This document shows, in pieces, positions 29,342-39,906 of a stretch of 64,000 nt of DNA. Within the stretch, counting starts at the first letter, position 1, and each line of letters opens with the position of its first letter. The DNA lies in the NCBI GenBank assembly GCA_039191105.1, contig JBCCXW010000001.1:23353-87352 (forward strand), read 5' to 3'. The notes below the pieces were generated by a model. It saw nothing but the letters and a program-made list of their open reading frames with translations, was not told the DNA's origin and searched no databases. The translations under genes and the position numbers were made by a program. Source of the DNA: Pseudomonadota bacterium (GTDB lineage Bacteria; Pseudomonadota; Alphaproteobacteria; Caulobacterales; Hyphomonadaceae).

Positions 29342-31933
29342 CTACGCCAAATGTACTTGATTGCCGCCAAGATCGCGGAATGCTCGCTGGCGGCACGATA
29401 GTACCAGTATCTGTAAATCTCCAGCCTGCCTGTGTAGAGCGTCGAACATTAACTCGATCCGATCATCATCTGTGAACACGAGCGCGTCATCGAGAATAAT
29501 TGGCGCAATTTGTCCGCGCTTCGCCAGCATTCTCGCGAAAGCGAGGCGAACCAGCAGAGAAATCTGTTCTTTGGTCCCGCCTGAGAGGATATCTATTGGT
29601 TCTTCTTGGCCATTCCGAATTAGGGACGATGGCAATAGTGTTTGGTCACCCCAGGACAGCTCTGCATCCGGCCAAAGCAGCTGAAGGAGCGGCTTTAGTT
29701 CATTGGCGACGGGTTCGAAATATCGGTCGCGGGCCTCACTGCGGGCGTCTTCCAAGACTGATTGCAGCTTTTGTAGAACGGCGACTTCCTTCTCGATCCC
29801 TGCAAGCTTAGCCTCCGCTAGCTCAAGTTGCTGTTTCGTTTCCGCCAGACGTTCCTCAACAGCCTCTTCCGCGGTTCGAGAGATATTCGCTTCTAACGCC
29901 GCGAGCGCTGGCTTTAGGCGGGCAATCTCTGACCTAGCGGCATCCTCGACAGATTGAACGCGTTTTAGCGTTGCTTCGGCAGCGCGAACATCCGGCGCGA
30001 GTTTCGCTTTTTCTGAATAAAGCGCTTCGGCGGCCTCAAGCGCAGTTACGGCGCGACTTAGCTCATCCTCAAGCCGCGCTTCGTCTGTATCGCCATGCCG
30101 CGCCAAAGCGGTTATCGCTCTTGCTTCACGCGCTTGTGCGGCCTCAAGCGCTGCATCAAGCTTTGACGATTCTGAGCGCGCGTCAGAGAAACGTTCTGTC
30201 TCGACCGTGCGGGCCGTGTCTGCCGTTAATCGATCTTCTTCCGCTTTAGCAAAGCGTGTTTCCGCATCTTCAAGGGCCGGGAAGTCTGTTTCAGCGGCAT
30301 CGAGTTGGGGAATAGCGGTGAGTATTTTGCGTAGATCTTCTATACCGTTTGGAGCAAGGGACTCAAAGATCGCATTAGTCTCAAGTCGGCTTTGTTCTGC
30401 AGTGTCGCGCTGAATAGCAGCATCGCGCGCATCGTCTATGGTCGTGCAGTCAAAACGTTTGAGTTTTTCAATCAGCGCGTTTTTCGCGGTCTCAACAGAA
30501 TCGTCTTTATGATCACCGACTCCAGGGTGGATACTTAATGTTCCGATTTGTTCGATGACCAGATCAGTATCCCCCCTTATCGACACTGGCATGTCGCCCG
30601 GGAGTTCCTCATCGTTCTGTTTGATCTTGCCTTGCCCACCCTCGGCATACCTAATGAGGAGATTTGCCGATTTGCTATCGTGGATCGCCTGCACAGTCTT
30701 TAGAGCCCCCGCGAGTTCTTCCAGCTCGCGCATGGATCGGGGATCAGGACCTTGTGCAGCCTCAGCGGCAGCTGTTTCCATGCTGACGCGAGCAGTCTCC
30801 GCCTTTTCGATGCGTTCCTTTAGCTCTTTGCGCCTTTCGGCACCATCAAGCGCTGCCTGGCGACGCAGAGAAACACGTAGCGAATCTTGCGCGGATTGGT
30901 ACTCTTCTAGCGCCTCATTAAACTCCCGCTGCGCTTTTGTGTGAGAGTCCTCGGCAGCTTTCAGGGACAGCTGGGCGGCCTCGGCGTTTTCTGCGACGGC
31001 CTGACGCGCTTCAACGGATGCGTCACGTTCCTTTAAGTCTCTACGCAAACCCTCGAGACGAGATTTAACATTTGTGACCGCAAGCCGCGCCGCATCAACT
31101 TTGCGTGCTTCTGATTCGACGGCGTCGGCATGACGCTGTGCGGCTTGCAGTTCTGCTGTGGCGTCCGCCACACGTTTCTTCCGCACAGCGCTCGCCTCGG
31201 GGCTCTCGAGTTCTTCAAGCTCACGACGCTTTCGCTTGCGTTCATCCAATTGGTCGCGAAGCTGAGCAACCTGACCGGCCAATTCGGTGTGTTGCAAACG
31301 GAGTGATTCAACATGTTGTTCCGCGTCTTTCCAGGGTCCGCCAGTTTTTGGTCGACCGCCAGCGGTCGCAAAATTGCTTAGCTCTTCTTTGCAGCGTGAC
31401 AGCGCCAGATCCATTCGTCTTCCACCTGTCATCGCTTCAACTTCTCCGGTGACAGATGAAAGCAGATCACGCCTGGCCTCAAGTGCGGCTTCTTTTTCTT
31501 TCTTTGATCCTTCCGATAAGGTGGTCAGGCCTTGCCGGACCCACAGCAGCCCCGATGGTCCGCCGTCTCCTCCACCCAAAAGTCGGCCAATCCATGACTC
31601 GGCTTCATCAGCTTGAGCAATCAATCGTCCGTCCTGCTCTATCTTGGCGGCAGGCTTTGACATCCATCTTTTTGTTATGACGAAAAGACCGGCGTCCGTC
31701 TCGACTTCGACGACGACTTCTGGCGCACCGCCAGCATGCGGGCGAAGCGCTTTAACGTCTTTATCGCTCGAGGTGTGAGCTTTGAAGAAGACCGCTTGTA
31801 GTGCATCGAACAGAGTCGATTTTCCGAACTCATTCGGCTCGCACAAAACGTTCAATCCGTCGCTCAATCCTTCTATACGAGCCGTATCCGTGAAACGCCG
31901 AACATTGGTGAGCGTGATAGATCGTATCCGCAT
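29342..31933 (-). CDS. SbcC/Rad50/YhaN-like ABC ATPase with long coiled coil
   Basis: EPNEFGKST Walker A; LSGGTKEQ signature; ILDDALV Walker B; no CxxC hook seen. Confidence 0.88.
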   Translation of the reverse strand: MRIRSITLTNVRRFTDTARIEGLSDGLNVLCEPNEFGKSTLFDALQAVFFKAHTSSDKDVKALRPHAGGAPEVVVEVETDAGLFVITKRWMSKPAAKIEQDGRLIAQADEAESWIGRLLGGGDGGPSGLLWVRQGLTTLSEGSKKEKEAALEARRDLLSSVTGEVEAMTGGRRMDLALSRCKEELSNFATAGGRPKTGGPWKDAEQHVESLRLQHTELAGQVAQLRDQLDERKRKRRELEELESPEASAVRKKRVADATAELQAAQRHADAVESEARKVDAARLAVTNVKSRLEGLRRDLKERDASVEARQAVAENAEAAQLSLKAAEDSHTKAQREFNEALEEYQSAQDSLRVSLRRQAALDGAERRKELKERIEKAETARVSMETAAAEAAQGPDPRSMRELEELAGALKTVQAIHDSKSANLLIRYAEGGQGKIKQNDEELPGDMPVSIRGDTDLVIEQIGTLSIHPGVGDHKDDSVETAKNALIEKLKRFDCTTIDDARDAAIQRDTAEQSRLETNAIFESLAPNGIEDLRKILTAIPQLDAAETDFPALEDAETRFAKAEEDRLTADTARTVETERFSDARSESSKLDAALEAAQAREARAITALARHGDTDEARLEDELSRAVTALEAAEALYSEKAKLAPDVRAAEATLKRVQSVEDAARSEIARLKPALAALEANISRTAEEAVEERLAETKQQLELAEAKLAGIEKEVAVLQKLQSVLEDARSEARDRYFEPVANELKPLLQLLWPDAELSWGDQTLLPSSLIRNGQEEPIDILSGGTKEQISLLVRLAFARMLAKRGQIAPIILDDALVFTDDDRIELMFDALHRQAGDLQILVLSCRQRAFRDLGGNQVHLA

Positions 31934-33060
31934 TATTCCGCCTCCTTAATATATGCGTAGAGGCGCGACAGTGCTCCGGCCGAAACAGACCGCTCATCGG
32001 TCGAGAGTGTTTCAGATTCTGCGTCATCTTTTAGTCGGTTTGCAGCCAGCCGAAGGGCACCTGCTTTGTCGATCTCGTCGATGTCAGCTTCATCATACGT
32101 CGTGCCAAGATCATCCAAGTTGAGATCCATGAACCCGAAATCCGCCCCCAGACGCTCCGACGCCTGGCGCAGCTCCGCCTGTTGCGCGAGACTGGACCAT
32201 CCTGTTGCTCTGACACGCATCAAGGCATTTCGCTGGTTATCTTCAGGAAGAATACCTTCGAATGCTTCGACTGCGTCGGCCTCCGGCAAAAGCGGGAGTT
32301 CGGTCTTGGCCCATAGGAACTCTCCGGTTTCGATTTCATCGATCTCGGGTTCCGCCCCAGGGGCTACGATTGATACGGCGAGGCAAACACCTCGCTTGCC
32401 ATGTTTGAAGCGATCTTGCTCTGGGCTACCGCTATAATGTGTTCGGGGGCTGACAGCGACGCGGCCGTGCCAATCGCCGAGCGCTAGATAATCGAGCCCT
32501 GCGCTTCGATCTCTGTCAGGCGGAATGTGACCACCACTGTCGGTGAAATCGACGACGCCCGCATGAGCGAGGCCAATTCGTATATCGCCATCGCCGGTCT
32601 GCATTGATGCGAGCTCAGCGGTTGGATCTCGTCCCGATGAACGAAAGGCGACAGGGCACGGCAATAGCTGAACACCCGCGCTTAACTCGATCGGTGCGTT
32701 ATCCGCAATAAGCTGGACGTTTTGTGGGGCGTCTCGCAAAACCTTATCCCAAAGAGGTTCTGCATCTCTGAGGTTGTCATGGTTGCCCGGTATGATCCAC
32801 CAGTAGACATCGGTGCAATCTGCCATAGCCGTCAGGGCTTGTTGAACGATCGACGCCGAAGGCGTCGCCGTGTCGAATGTATCTCCAGCGAGCAGAATGT
32901 GGTTCGCGCCTCGCTCACGCGCGACTTTCGCCAAACGCGATAACGAGGCGTGTCGTGCCTCCATTAGCCGTCCACGAATGTTTCCGTCTGGCGGTTGGGG
33001 AATATTAGAGAACCGACGTCCTAAATGTAGATCAGATGTATGGATAAATCGAAAGCTCAT
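31933..33060 (-). CDS. SbcD/Mre11/YhaO-like metallophosphoesterase nuclease
   Basis: HTSDLHLG, AGDTFD, PGNHD, LAHAG, LALGDWHG; stop shares a base with the ATPase start. Confidence 0.9.
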   Translation of the reverse strand: MSFRFIHTSDLHLGRRFSNIPQPPDGNIRGRLMEARHASLSRLAKVARERGANHILLAGDTFDTATPSASIVQQALTAMADCTDVYWWIIPGNHDNLRDAEPLWDKVLRDAPQNVQLIADNAPIELSAGVQLLPCPVAFRSSGRDPTAELASMQTGDGDIRIGLAHAGVVDFTDSGGHIPPDRDRSAGLDYLALGDWHGRVAVSPRTHYSGSPEQDRFKHGKRGVCLAVSIVAPGAEPEIDEIETGEFLWAKTELPLLPEADAVEAFEGILPEDNQRNALMRVRATGWSSLAQQAELRQASERLGADFGFMDLNLDDLGTTYDEADIDEIDKAGALRLAANRLKDDAESETLSTDERSVSAGALSRLYAYIKEAE

Positions 33061-33194
33061 CCTCGCCCCCAATAAAGTTGAATTTGAATAAAAGAAACTT
33101 CAAAACACTATAGACGGTTTTGTGCTTTTGCGGTGAACGGCGTTTGGCACAAGTCGTAAAAGGGTGCGGATGACTTGGATTGGGAAGTATGGAT

Positions 33195-33563
33195 TCAACT
33201 TTCATCTTCGACCTCTTGTGGCCGACCGCCTTTACACCAATCAACACGACCTTCTTTCACCCAGAAATGACATCCGCACGAATTTTGCTGATGCACAGAC
33301 GGCGTTATGGTCGGACGCCGCCACCAATCGAGAGATACACGCCAGTACGGGCGCCTATTTGGGTTGAGCGATAGCTCAATTCGTTGACCGCACCCTCCGG
33401 GACATGGAAAAGCGGCCCATTTGGATACGCCGTCGGGACGAACCAGAATGAACTCATTGAGCCCACCTGTTTCTCGAGCCGGCAACTGCGGATGTATTGA
33501 AGCAACAAGATCACCTTTAAGAAGACCGAGCCTTTTGAGGAATCGAAAGAACGCTGTCTTCAT
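33195..33563 (-). CDS. DUF6527-like Cys/His metal-binding protein
   Basis: WAAFPCPGGCG...PTITPSVH...CGCHFWVKEGRVDWC; ATG 33563 is 1 nt after the E1 stop. Confidence 0.75.
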   Translation of the reverse strand: MKTAFFRFLKRLGLLKGDLVASIHPQLPARETGGLNEFILVRPDGVSKWAAFPCPGGCGQRIELSLNPNRRPYWRVSLDWWRRPTITPSVHQQNSCGCHFWVKEGRVDWCKGGRPQEVEDES

Positions 33564-33564
33564 T

Positions 33565-34965
33565 TCAGAGCACCATGTTAAGTAGGGGTTCAATATCGCC
33601 GCGCCCCAGCGTCTCAGGTGTCTCACAGGCTGGACAACCATGCATTCGTTCGATGAGGGGGAAGCGATCGTCGCACGCATGGAATCGGCGGATGCGGGTT
33701 GGCCGCATACCGTCGTGACCGTGGAACCCTGTGATCGCGGCAAGAAGTTCGTTTACCGCCATGCACGCCGCTTCCGTCGTGAAAGTCACAACCGCTGGCG
33801 ATGGATCACCTTCTCCGAGAACATATGCCTCCTCTTTCAATAAGGCATAGCTATCCGGGTCTCGACGTTTCAGCGCCTCTTCACTGGCCCGCCTCGGGTC
33901 AATATGGCCTCCGCAAATAAGGCAAGGATGTCCGTCGACAAGTGTCGATGTACGAGCAAAAAGATCGAAGCTGCCGGTTTCACGCTTCTGCATTGCCAAG
34001 CCAACGTCTATCACGGGGATTGAGTAGAACCGGCTGAAACGATTGAGCACCAAGCGTCCGGCGTGATCATCCGTGCACGAAAATACAATATCGCACGCCT
34101 TTAGCGCCTCGACACTGCCTGGGTCGCCGACGAATGCGTCAATTGTGACGAGGCGCATACCAAGATTGGTTTCTGCCACAGTCCGACTGTGAACGTCAGA
34201 CTTACGGGCGCGGTTTTCCGCATCAATACGTCGAGCGCCATGAAGACGATTGAGGTTTGAGTGCTCGACTATGTCTTTTTCAAGAAGAAGCGCATCGCAA
34301 ACGCCAAGCCGCATTAGTAAAGCGAGTACCGCGCTTCCCGTGGCTCCGCCGCCGGCGATGCCGATACGCAGCGAGGCGATAAGTTCGTTCGCAGCATCAC
34401 CGAACAAGCGAGCCTGCCGGTCTAAATAGTCTATGTTGGACTGCGATTTATCCGTATTTGACAGGCTGACTCGGGCGCCTACGTGGAAAATGCGATCAAT
34501 GGACTCGTACGTGTTTGCACTAGTCCAAACCCGCGCCAATATCTGCTCATCGCCGGTAATCACAATACTGATGAATCCTCGGCATCCTTTTAGGAATGCC
34601 GTGCGCGCGAGCTCGGCTTCGTTCTTGTCATCTTGCGCAGAAAAAGCCGCAGGACCGTTTGGGTGAGTATGGACAATTCCGGGGACGAAGCCTTCGTCAC
34701 TCGCCCGACCAAAGAGGCGCATAAGACTATCTGTCCCCCAGGTGATGTGGGCGGGAGAAGCGTCGACCAGTTCATGCTCTTTGATCGGAACTACAACATG
34801 ACTCATCAAGCGTCGGCGCGGCATGTTTGACCAAGGATCACAGCTGATTTCAGCGGACCCGAAAAGCATCGTCGCCGCCGCCTCATTCCCGCCGTCCGCG
34901 GCGAGGAGCGACTTGATCGCTTCGCCGTGCACGGCTTGTAGTATGATATCAACGGTTGCCATCAT
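33565..34965 (-). CDS. JAB/MPN+ peptidase fused to ThiF/E1-like adenylase
   Basis: JAB: E27 and HTHPNGPAAFSAQD (HxH-x7-S-x2-D). E1: GGGATGS, DIVEHSNLNRL, SCTDDHAGR, CLIC...CPAC zinc site. Confidence 0.9.
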   Translation of the reverse strand: MMATVDIILQAVHGEAIKSLLAADGGNEAAATMLFGSAEISCDPWSNMPRRRLMSHVVVPIKEHELVDASPAHITWGTDSLMRLFGRASDEGFVPGIVHTHPNGPAAFSAQDDKNEAELARTAFLKGCRGFISIVITGDEQILARVWTSANTYESIDRIFHVGARVSLSNTDKSQSNIDYLDRQARLFGDAANELIASLRIGIAGGGATGSAVLALLMRLGVCDALLLEKDIVEHSNLNRLHGARRIDAENRARKSDVHSRTVAETNLGMRLVTIDAFVGDPGSVEALKACDIVFSCTDDHAGRLVLNRFSRFYSIPVIDVGLAMQKRETGSFDLFARTSTLVDGHPCLICGGHIDPRRASEEALKRRDPDSYALLKEEAYVLGEGDPSPAVVTFTTEAACMAVNELLAAITGFHGHDGMRPTRIRRFHACDDRFPLIERMHGCPACETPETLGRGDIEPLLNMVL

Positions 34966-35891
34966 GCGCCTGCCGAAGCCAGTGCGACCTGAACACGCGC
35001 GATCATCGTTTGGAGCCCATCAATCCCTGGGCGCCAAGCCTGACAATGCCGCGACCAGCGTTGCCATGACCGCCCTGCGAAATTGTGGGCGACATTAGCC
35101 GCACGCGGTTCGCGTCCGCTGACCGACAGGCGCAGCCAGGGTGAGGCATAGAACATATCTGGAGCGATATCTGGGTAGCCTGCGGGCAGAATGATCAGGA
35201 TGTCTGCCGTTTCATGATCATATTTTCCCGCGGGCAGCGGGAATGCCTTCAGAATGACCCCTGGAGTGGTTCCGTGTTCGACAATATCGAATGTCAGGTT
35301 ACGGCTCTCCAGATACTGAAGATCGGAGGACGGGATAAGCTCCCGTCCCTCCGTTGTTTGATCAATGATTGAGATGAAACGCTCTACGCCGGGCTTATCC
35401 AAGTCGATAAGATCGCAATCATCGATTTTCTGGTCGTGCCCGCCCGGCACGTCGAGCCACAACGCATAGTTGGCTGCAAGCGAGGCCAGTTTTTTCAAAA
35501 CGAAGCCTGTGATGAAGCGCCGCGGCCATTCGAGGTCACGGTCGTCAATCTTGAACAAGTATTTCCGATCAGTTCGGGCGACAAGAATGCGCTCTGCTCC
35601 GCGACCCCGAAGATCATAAGGCTCATCGAGACGAATATCTTCGAAGTCCCCGTTGGGCAGGATCGCGATCGCGACGTACTCATGAACAGGCGCTCCGCCC
35701 GTCACTTCAATCAGTTGACGACCGAGTGGAAGCGGATCGTCGAGAACGAATGGTGAGAAGCTGAGGGTCTCATTTGCGATTTGCACACGAAAGCGCCGTC
35801 TTGGCTTCAACGGCCGACCAGCGTGAACCGCTTCAGCGAGATCGTCGATATCTGGCTCATCGCCGTTTTGGGGGGAATTAAGGGAGTCCAT
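34962..35891 (-). CDS. Two multi-ubiquitin-like domains fused to a prokaryotic E2 (family E-like)
   Basis: Repeated D.LDL...G.ERF/I Ubl motifs; internal TTEG (aa 179-182); E2: LPAGYPDIAPDMFY, WQRWSRH, WRPGIDGL. Confidence 0.85.
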   Translation of the reverse strand: MDSLNSPQNGDEPDIDDLAEAVHAGRPLKPRRRFRVQIANETLSFSPFVLDDPLPLGRQLIEVTGGAPVHEYVAIAILPNGDFEDIRLDEPYDLRGRGAERILVARTDRKYLFKIDDRDLEWPRRFITGFVLKKLASLAANYALWLDVPGGHDQKIDDCDLIDLDKPGVERFISIIDQTTEGRELIPSSDLQYLESRNLTFDIVEHGTTPGVILKAFPLPAGKYDHETADILIILPAGYPDIAPDMFYASPWLRLSVSGREPRAANVAHNFAGRSWQRWSRHCQAWRPGIDGLQTMIARVQVALASAGA

Positions 35892-35907
35892 TTGATTTTC
35901 CTTCTTG

Positions 35908-35937
35908 CTGAGGGAAGCCTCATGCTTCCGCTCTCAG
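35908..35937. repeat. Bulged hairpin between helicase and Ubl-E2 genes
   Basis: CTGAG/GGAAGC-CTCAT-GCTTCC/(GCT)/CTCAG. Confidence 0.5.
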
Positions 35938-35972
35938 AAGGGCAATCGCGTCGGTTTCGAAGAACCGGTAAG

Positions 35973-38900
35973 CTAGTTGAGATTTTTTTTCGTCAGGACC
36001 CCGGTTGGTGCCTCACCGCAGATAAAAAAATGAGGACAGCGTGGACATGTGCGGTCTGGTTTGGGCGGAAAGCGACCGTCGGCAATGGCTTTTCCGGCTT
36101 CGCCGATACGCTCGCGCCGGGTCTGCAGCTTCTTGTCGGTCAGATTAACATCTGACACGTCTGCATCAGCCAAGAAGACAAACTGAACATCGGCATGGTG
36201 CCCAACAGCCAGTTGATAAGCCGCTGCATCAAGACTGTCCGTCGCTTTTGAAGTCTTTCTGCCGGTCCATATGCGCCGCACGACGGTTCTGCCATCTGAC
36301 GTCCGAACTTTTTCATGCGGCGTAACAACGATTCTTGCAACGCCGAGATCAATTTCGAGGTCCGCCGCCTCTATGGTCTCGTCACCATCTTTTAAAGCCA
36401 GCAGCACATCGAACAGGCGTGTCGCCGCAGACTTGTAAAACGACGCATTTGGGTCATCCACAGGCCCCCGACTTTGCCAAAATTTGTCGAAGTCGAGAGC
36501 GGTATCAGGCTCGGCCAGAAGTGCGTCGACCGCACCCTGCACGGCCCCGTGCATCTTCATGAAAGGTGTTTCAGTTCGTCGGCCCCCGAGTCGAAGGACA
36601 TGTGTGTACAGAAAGCGGCGGGGACACTTCTCGTAAAGAGCCAGTTGAGACGGCGTAACAGCAAGTTTTTCGTCGAACCGAAGGTCGATGTTTAGCCCGC
36701 TCAGGTCGACGTCATCAGGCGCAGCGATGGGTGGTTGCCTAGTAACGCTTGATCCGAGACGCTCGATAAAAGGGGAGGGTTTTTGATTTCGCCCTCCTTT
36801 CTGTTTGGTTGGCGCATATAGCAGAAGATCATCTTCGGCGCGTGATAACGCCACGAAGAAAAGACATTCTTGTTCTTCTTCGTGTCCTGACTTCAGCGCA
36901 TCGAGGCCGGAGCCCTGGACCCCTTCGATCATTCCATCTGGCGGAGGTAGAGCATTCATTTGATTAGCAGACTGAGGGATGGATGCGGCAGTTAACGAAG
37001 GAACGTGGACGGCTTTGAACTCGAGTCCCTTGCTTTTGTGGATCGTAAGTAGGTTTACCGCATCGAGCGCTTGCGCCGCGTCGGGTAGATCACGCAAATC
37101 GCGTTCATCTGATAGGATGACAAGACGACGGATATGATCAAGCAGGTTACTGGTTGGATACCCTCGACTATCCAAGCGGACAGTACGGAGGAAATTCTGC
37201 AACTGCCATAACGCTATAGCTGGCAATGGCGCTCCATTTAGCAATTCACCGGCATATTCAGCGGCCAACCGCGTATGGTCCAGATAAAGTGATGCAAAGG
37301 CTCGCCATGGTGTCGTACCGGGTTCGAACCCGTTATATGCGCCGCTGAGGTTCCGAAAGGTGTCACGACCCGCTTCGGAAATCTGCCCCTCGCTTGGGAG
37401 AAGGGATCTCCACTGCAAAGGCTCCAGGGATGAAGCTTCGGAGAGTACTTTGGCTGCGGCTGCGACATCGTCGATAGAAATTGGGAAAGCCGAACTCGTT
37501 GCTATTTTGGCTATTCCCATTGCTCTCGGATCAACAAGCAGCGATAGAAACGAAAGCGCTTCTTTTACTTCTGCACGGTCGAATAAAGGGCCAAGGAATA
37601 GGACGGGAATTCCGCGCGCATCGAGATTAGCGGCAATCTCAGCTAATCGATCATTGGCCTTGCATAGAACCGCTTGATCACGAAACGCGCAGCCACTTTC
37701 CCGTTTTTCGCGGATTCTTGCGGCGAGTTCGTTTAGCTCATCATTCTTTGTACCGACCTCTACATAGGAAGGCGTGACACCGGAAGCACCACGCTCGGCG
37801 ATCGCTTCGAAACCGACTTCCGCAGCTCGCATGTCGCACTTTGCGAAACCAGCGAAGGCGTCGCAAATTTCCTGGGTTGAACGATAATTCGTGGACAGGT
37901 TCTTTATGACGCCGCCGGAAAAATCCGTGTCTCCAAAACGTTCCATATTGATCGAAGAAGCTCCGCGGAAGCGATAGATGGATTGTTTCGCATCGCCTAC
38001 GACCCAGAGCCCGTCTCCGCTCGGTTTGAGCGCGGTCAACAGCCTAACGCTGGCGCGATTGACGTCCTGATACTCGTCGACAAGCACATGTTCGAAACGC
38101 GCTTGAAGCTGCTCGCGTACGATTTTGTCACTCTCTAACAGCGCAACAGCTCGCGCCACCAAGTCACCAAAGTCGAGTATGCCATGTTCAGCTTTTAGCG
38201 CTTCGTATGCGGAGTAGACTTTTGAGATCTCCGTGCATTTTTCGCCAAGCAAACGGGCATCGTCATTCCCGGCGGTGTCGAGCATCGTTTTCGCGAGCGC
38301 AGCGTATTGCTCATGATCAACCACCTCGTCTTTGGCGCGAGAAATCGCCGCCAATAGGTCCCGCAGTTTGTCAGTTGGATCGCGAAGCTCGCGGAAATGC
38401 TCTAGTTCAAGGCGAACATATTCGTTTTCGAGGAGCGCTACTGCTTCCGCAGTGTCTACAAGCCTGGGATCTTCTGGCAGTCCGGCGCGGTCGCTAAATC
38501 GCCTCAAGAGATCGAGACCAAACGAATGAAACGTGCCGAGGGTGATCTCGCCAGCGGCTTCGGGCCATATAGAGAGGGCACGCTCGCTAAGTTCGCCAGC
38601 CGCTTTGTTCGAGAAAGTCAAAACAAGAATTGAACTGGGGTCGACGCCTTGGCTTTTTAGAACGCTCAGCCTGCCGATGAGCGTTTGTGTTTTTCCAGTG
38701 CCGGGCCCCGCGCGCAGAAGAAGAGGGCTTCCATTATGGTTCGCCGCATCTGCCTGTTCAGAGTTGAGCGGCTTTGGAGGGCGCTTTTCAGTGGGCGTAA
38801 TTTTTAAAGCTGGAAGCCAAAGAGCATCGAATAGTTGAACGGCAACCATGTCGTAAGGGGCACCCAAACACTCAGCAATCTCCTTTGCGGTTCGTCCGTC

Positions 38901-39356
38901 TTCAAGGTGCCAGCTCCGCGCAAGAGTGCGTGGAAACAAGAACTCACGCGCGAAGAGGTCCATTTGAACCTCCTGTCGGGCTTTCTGGCTGTAGTCTACG
39001 ACACGCTCCGCGCCAGACGCGTCGGTCCCATCGCTCGATCGTGCAGGGTCGATGTCTGTGGACGGCGCGAACATCACATGCCCGCCAAATTCAGCATGTC
39101 CTATTTCATGCGCAACGAAGAACGCGTTGATAAAGCTATCGCTGGTGTCTTCGTGGCGGATCGTGCCGGCAGGATCGTAGAGCGCCCGCCCGCCATCCAG
39201 CATTTCATGGCCCGCTGGATAGATGCGAACTTCTATGTCTCGACGCCGCGCTTCTTTAAGGACGAACGCATACGGATCGGTTGGATCGCCGCCCGCCGCA
39301 ACAATCTCCGCGTGCAGCTCGGCGGCGCGTTGGCGGATAAGCTCAATTTGAGCCAT
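35973..39356 (-). CDS. ImmA/IrrE metallopeptidase + UvrD/PcrA helicase + degenerate PD-(D/E)XK (Fe-S) domain fusion
   Basis: AHEIGH...[14 protein letters not shown]; [55 protein letters not shown]; CPRRF...[10 protein letters not shown]. Confidence 0.92.
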   Translation of the reverse strand: MAQIELIRQRAAELHAEIVAAGGDPTDPYAFVLKEARRRDIEVRIYPAGHEMLDGGRALYDPAGTIRHEDTSDSFINAFFVAHEIGHAEFGGHVMFAPSTDIDPARSSDGTDASGAERVVDYSQKARQEVQMDLFAREFLFPRTLARSWHLEDGRTAKEIAECLGAPYDMVAVQLFDALWLPALKITPTEKRPPKPLNSEQADAANHNGSPLLLRAGPGTGKTQTLIGRLSVLKSQGVDPSSILVLTFSNKAAGELSERALSIWPEAAGEITLGTFHSFGLDLLRRFSDRAGLPEDPRLVDTAEAVALLENEYVRLELEHFRELRDPTDKLRDLLAAISRAKDEVVDHEQYAALAKTMLDTAGNDDARLLGEKCTEISKVYSAYEALKAEHGILDFGDLVARAVALLESDKIVREQLQARFEHVLVDEYQDVNRASVRLLTALKPSGDGLWVVGDAKQSIYRFRGASSINMERFGDTDFSGGVIKNLSTNYRSTQEICDAFAGFAKCDMRAAEVGFEAIAERGASGVTPSYVEVGTKNDELNELAARIREKRESGCAFRDQAVLCKANDRLAEIAANLDARGIPVLFLGPLFDRAEVKEALSFLSLLVDPRAMGIAKIATSSAFPISIDDVAAAAKVLSEASSLEPLQWRSLLPSEGQISEAGRDTFRNLSGAYNGFEPGTTPWRAFASLYLDHTRLAAEYAGELLNGAPLPAIALWQLQNFLRTVRLDSRGYPTSNLLDHIRRLVILSDERDLRDLPDAAQALDAVNLLTIHKSKGLEFKAVHVPSLTAASIPQSANQMNALPPPDGMIEGVQGSGLDALKSGHEEEQECLFFVALSRAEDDLLLYAPTKQKGGRNQKPSPFIERLGSSVTRQPPIAAPDDVDLSGLNIDLRFDEKLAVTPSQLALYEKCPRRFLYTHVLRLGGRRTETPFMKMHGAVQGAVDALLAEPDTALDFDKFWQSRGPVDDPNASFYKSAATRLFDVLLALKDGDETIEAADLEIDLGVARIVVTPHEKVRTSDGRTVVRRIWTGRKTSKATDSLDAAAYQLAVGHHADVQFVFLADADVSDVNLTDKKLQTRRERIGEAGKAIADGRFPPKPDRTCPRCPHFFICGEAPTGVLTKKNLN

Positions 39357-39906
39357 CAGATTGCGCGAGGCGACTTAAGGCGGCCTCTTCTTCCGATGTT
39401 AAGGCGAGTCCTTCGATGAACGCAGCGTAATCCATTTGCTCCGCCCGAGCGGGCTTCCCATCAGCTTTGAACGCTAAAGCGGGACCAGTGGCATCACCGC
39501 TGGATAAATAACGAACAAAGTCATGAAGACGCACACCGATCATTCGCGAAAGGCCCGAAAGCACTGGCTCCGGCGTCGATCCAAAACGAATACGTCGGTC
39601 GCGAAAGCCTGCCAGAAAGTCTCGCGGCAAACCAATCTGTTTGGCTAATTCGCGAATGCCTTCGTTTGAAAATGCCGCTTGCAATTTTCCTACAGCAACC
39701 ATCTGGGGCTGCGCTGATTTCGTCTCGAAGCGAACCTCCTCCGCACCCGCGCGCGCTTCCGCTAAAGTGATTTCATGGAATAAATCGGTGAGCTCAATGG
39801 CGAGATCGGGATATCGGTCAATGTATGTTTTGAGGAGGGCGTGAGAGATTTCTTCCTCCATCGTGAACTCCTCAAAAACGTCTTCTGGATCAAGGTTCGG
39901 GCTCAT
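39343..39906 (-). CDS. Hypothetical protein with central XRE-like HTH (candidate anti-sigma/repressor)
   Basis: [16 protein letters not shown]-terminus; [23 protein letters not shown]-like segment; overlaps both neighbours. Confidence 0.55.
   Translation of the reverse strand: MSPNLDPEDVFEEFTMEEEISHALLKTYIDRYPDLAIELTDLFHEITLAEARAGAEEVRFETKSAQPQMVAVGKLQAAFSNEGIRELAKQIGLPRDFLAGFRDRRIRFGSTPEPVLSGLSRMIGVRLHDFVRYLSSGDATGPALAFKADGKPARAEQMDYAAFIEGLALTSEEEAALSRLAQSDGSN

Noticed and set aside
33564-33743. N-terminal 60-aa extension of the DUF6527-like ORF given in the track
   Set aside because: It overlaps the E1 3' end; ATG 33563 right after the E1 stop is the more plausible start.
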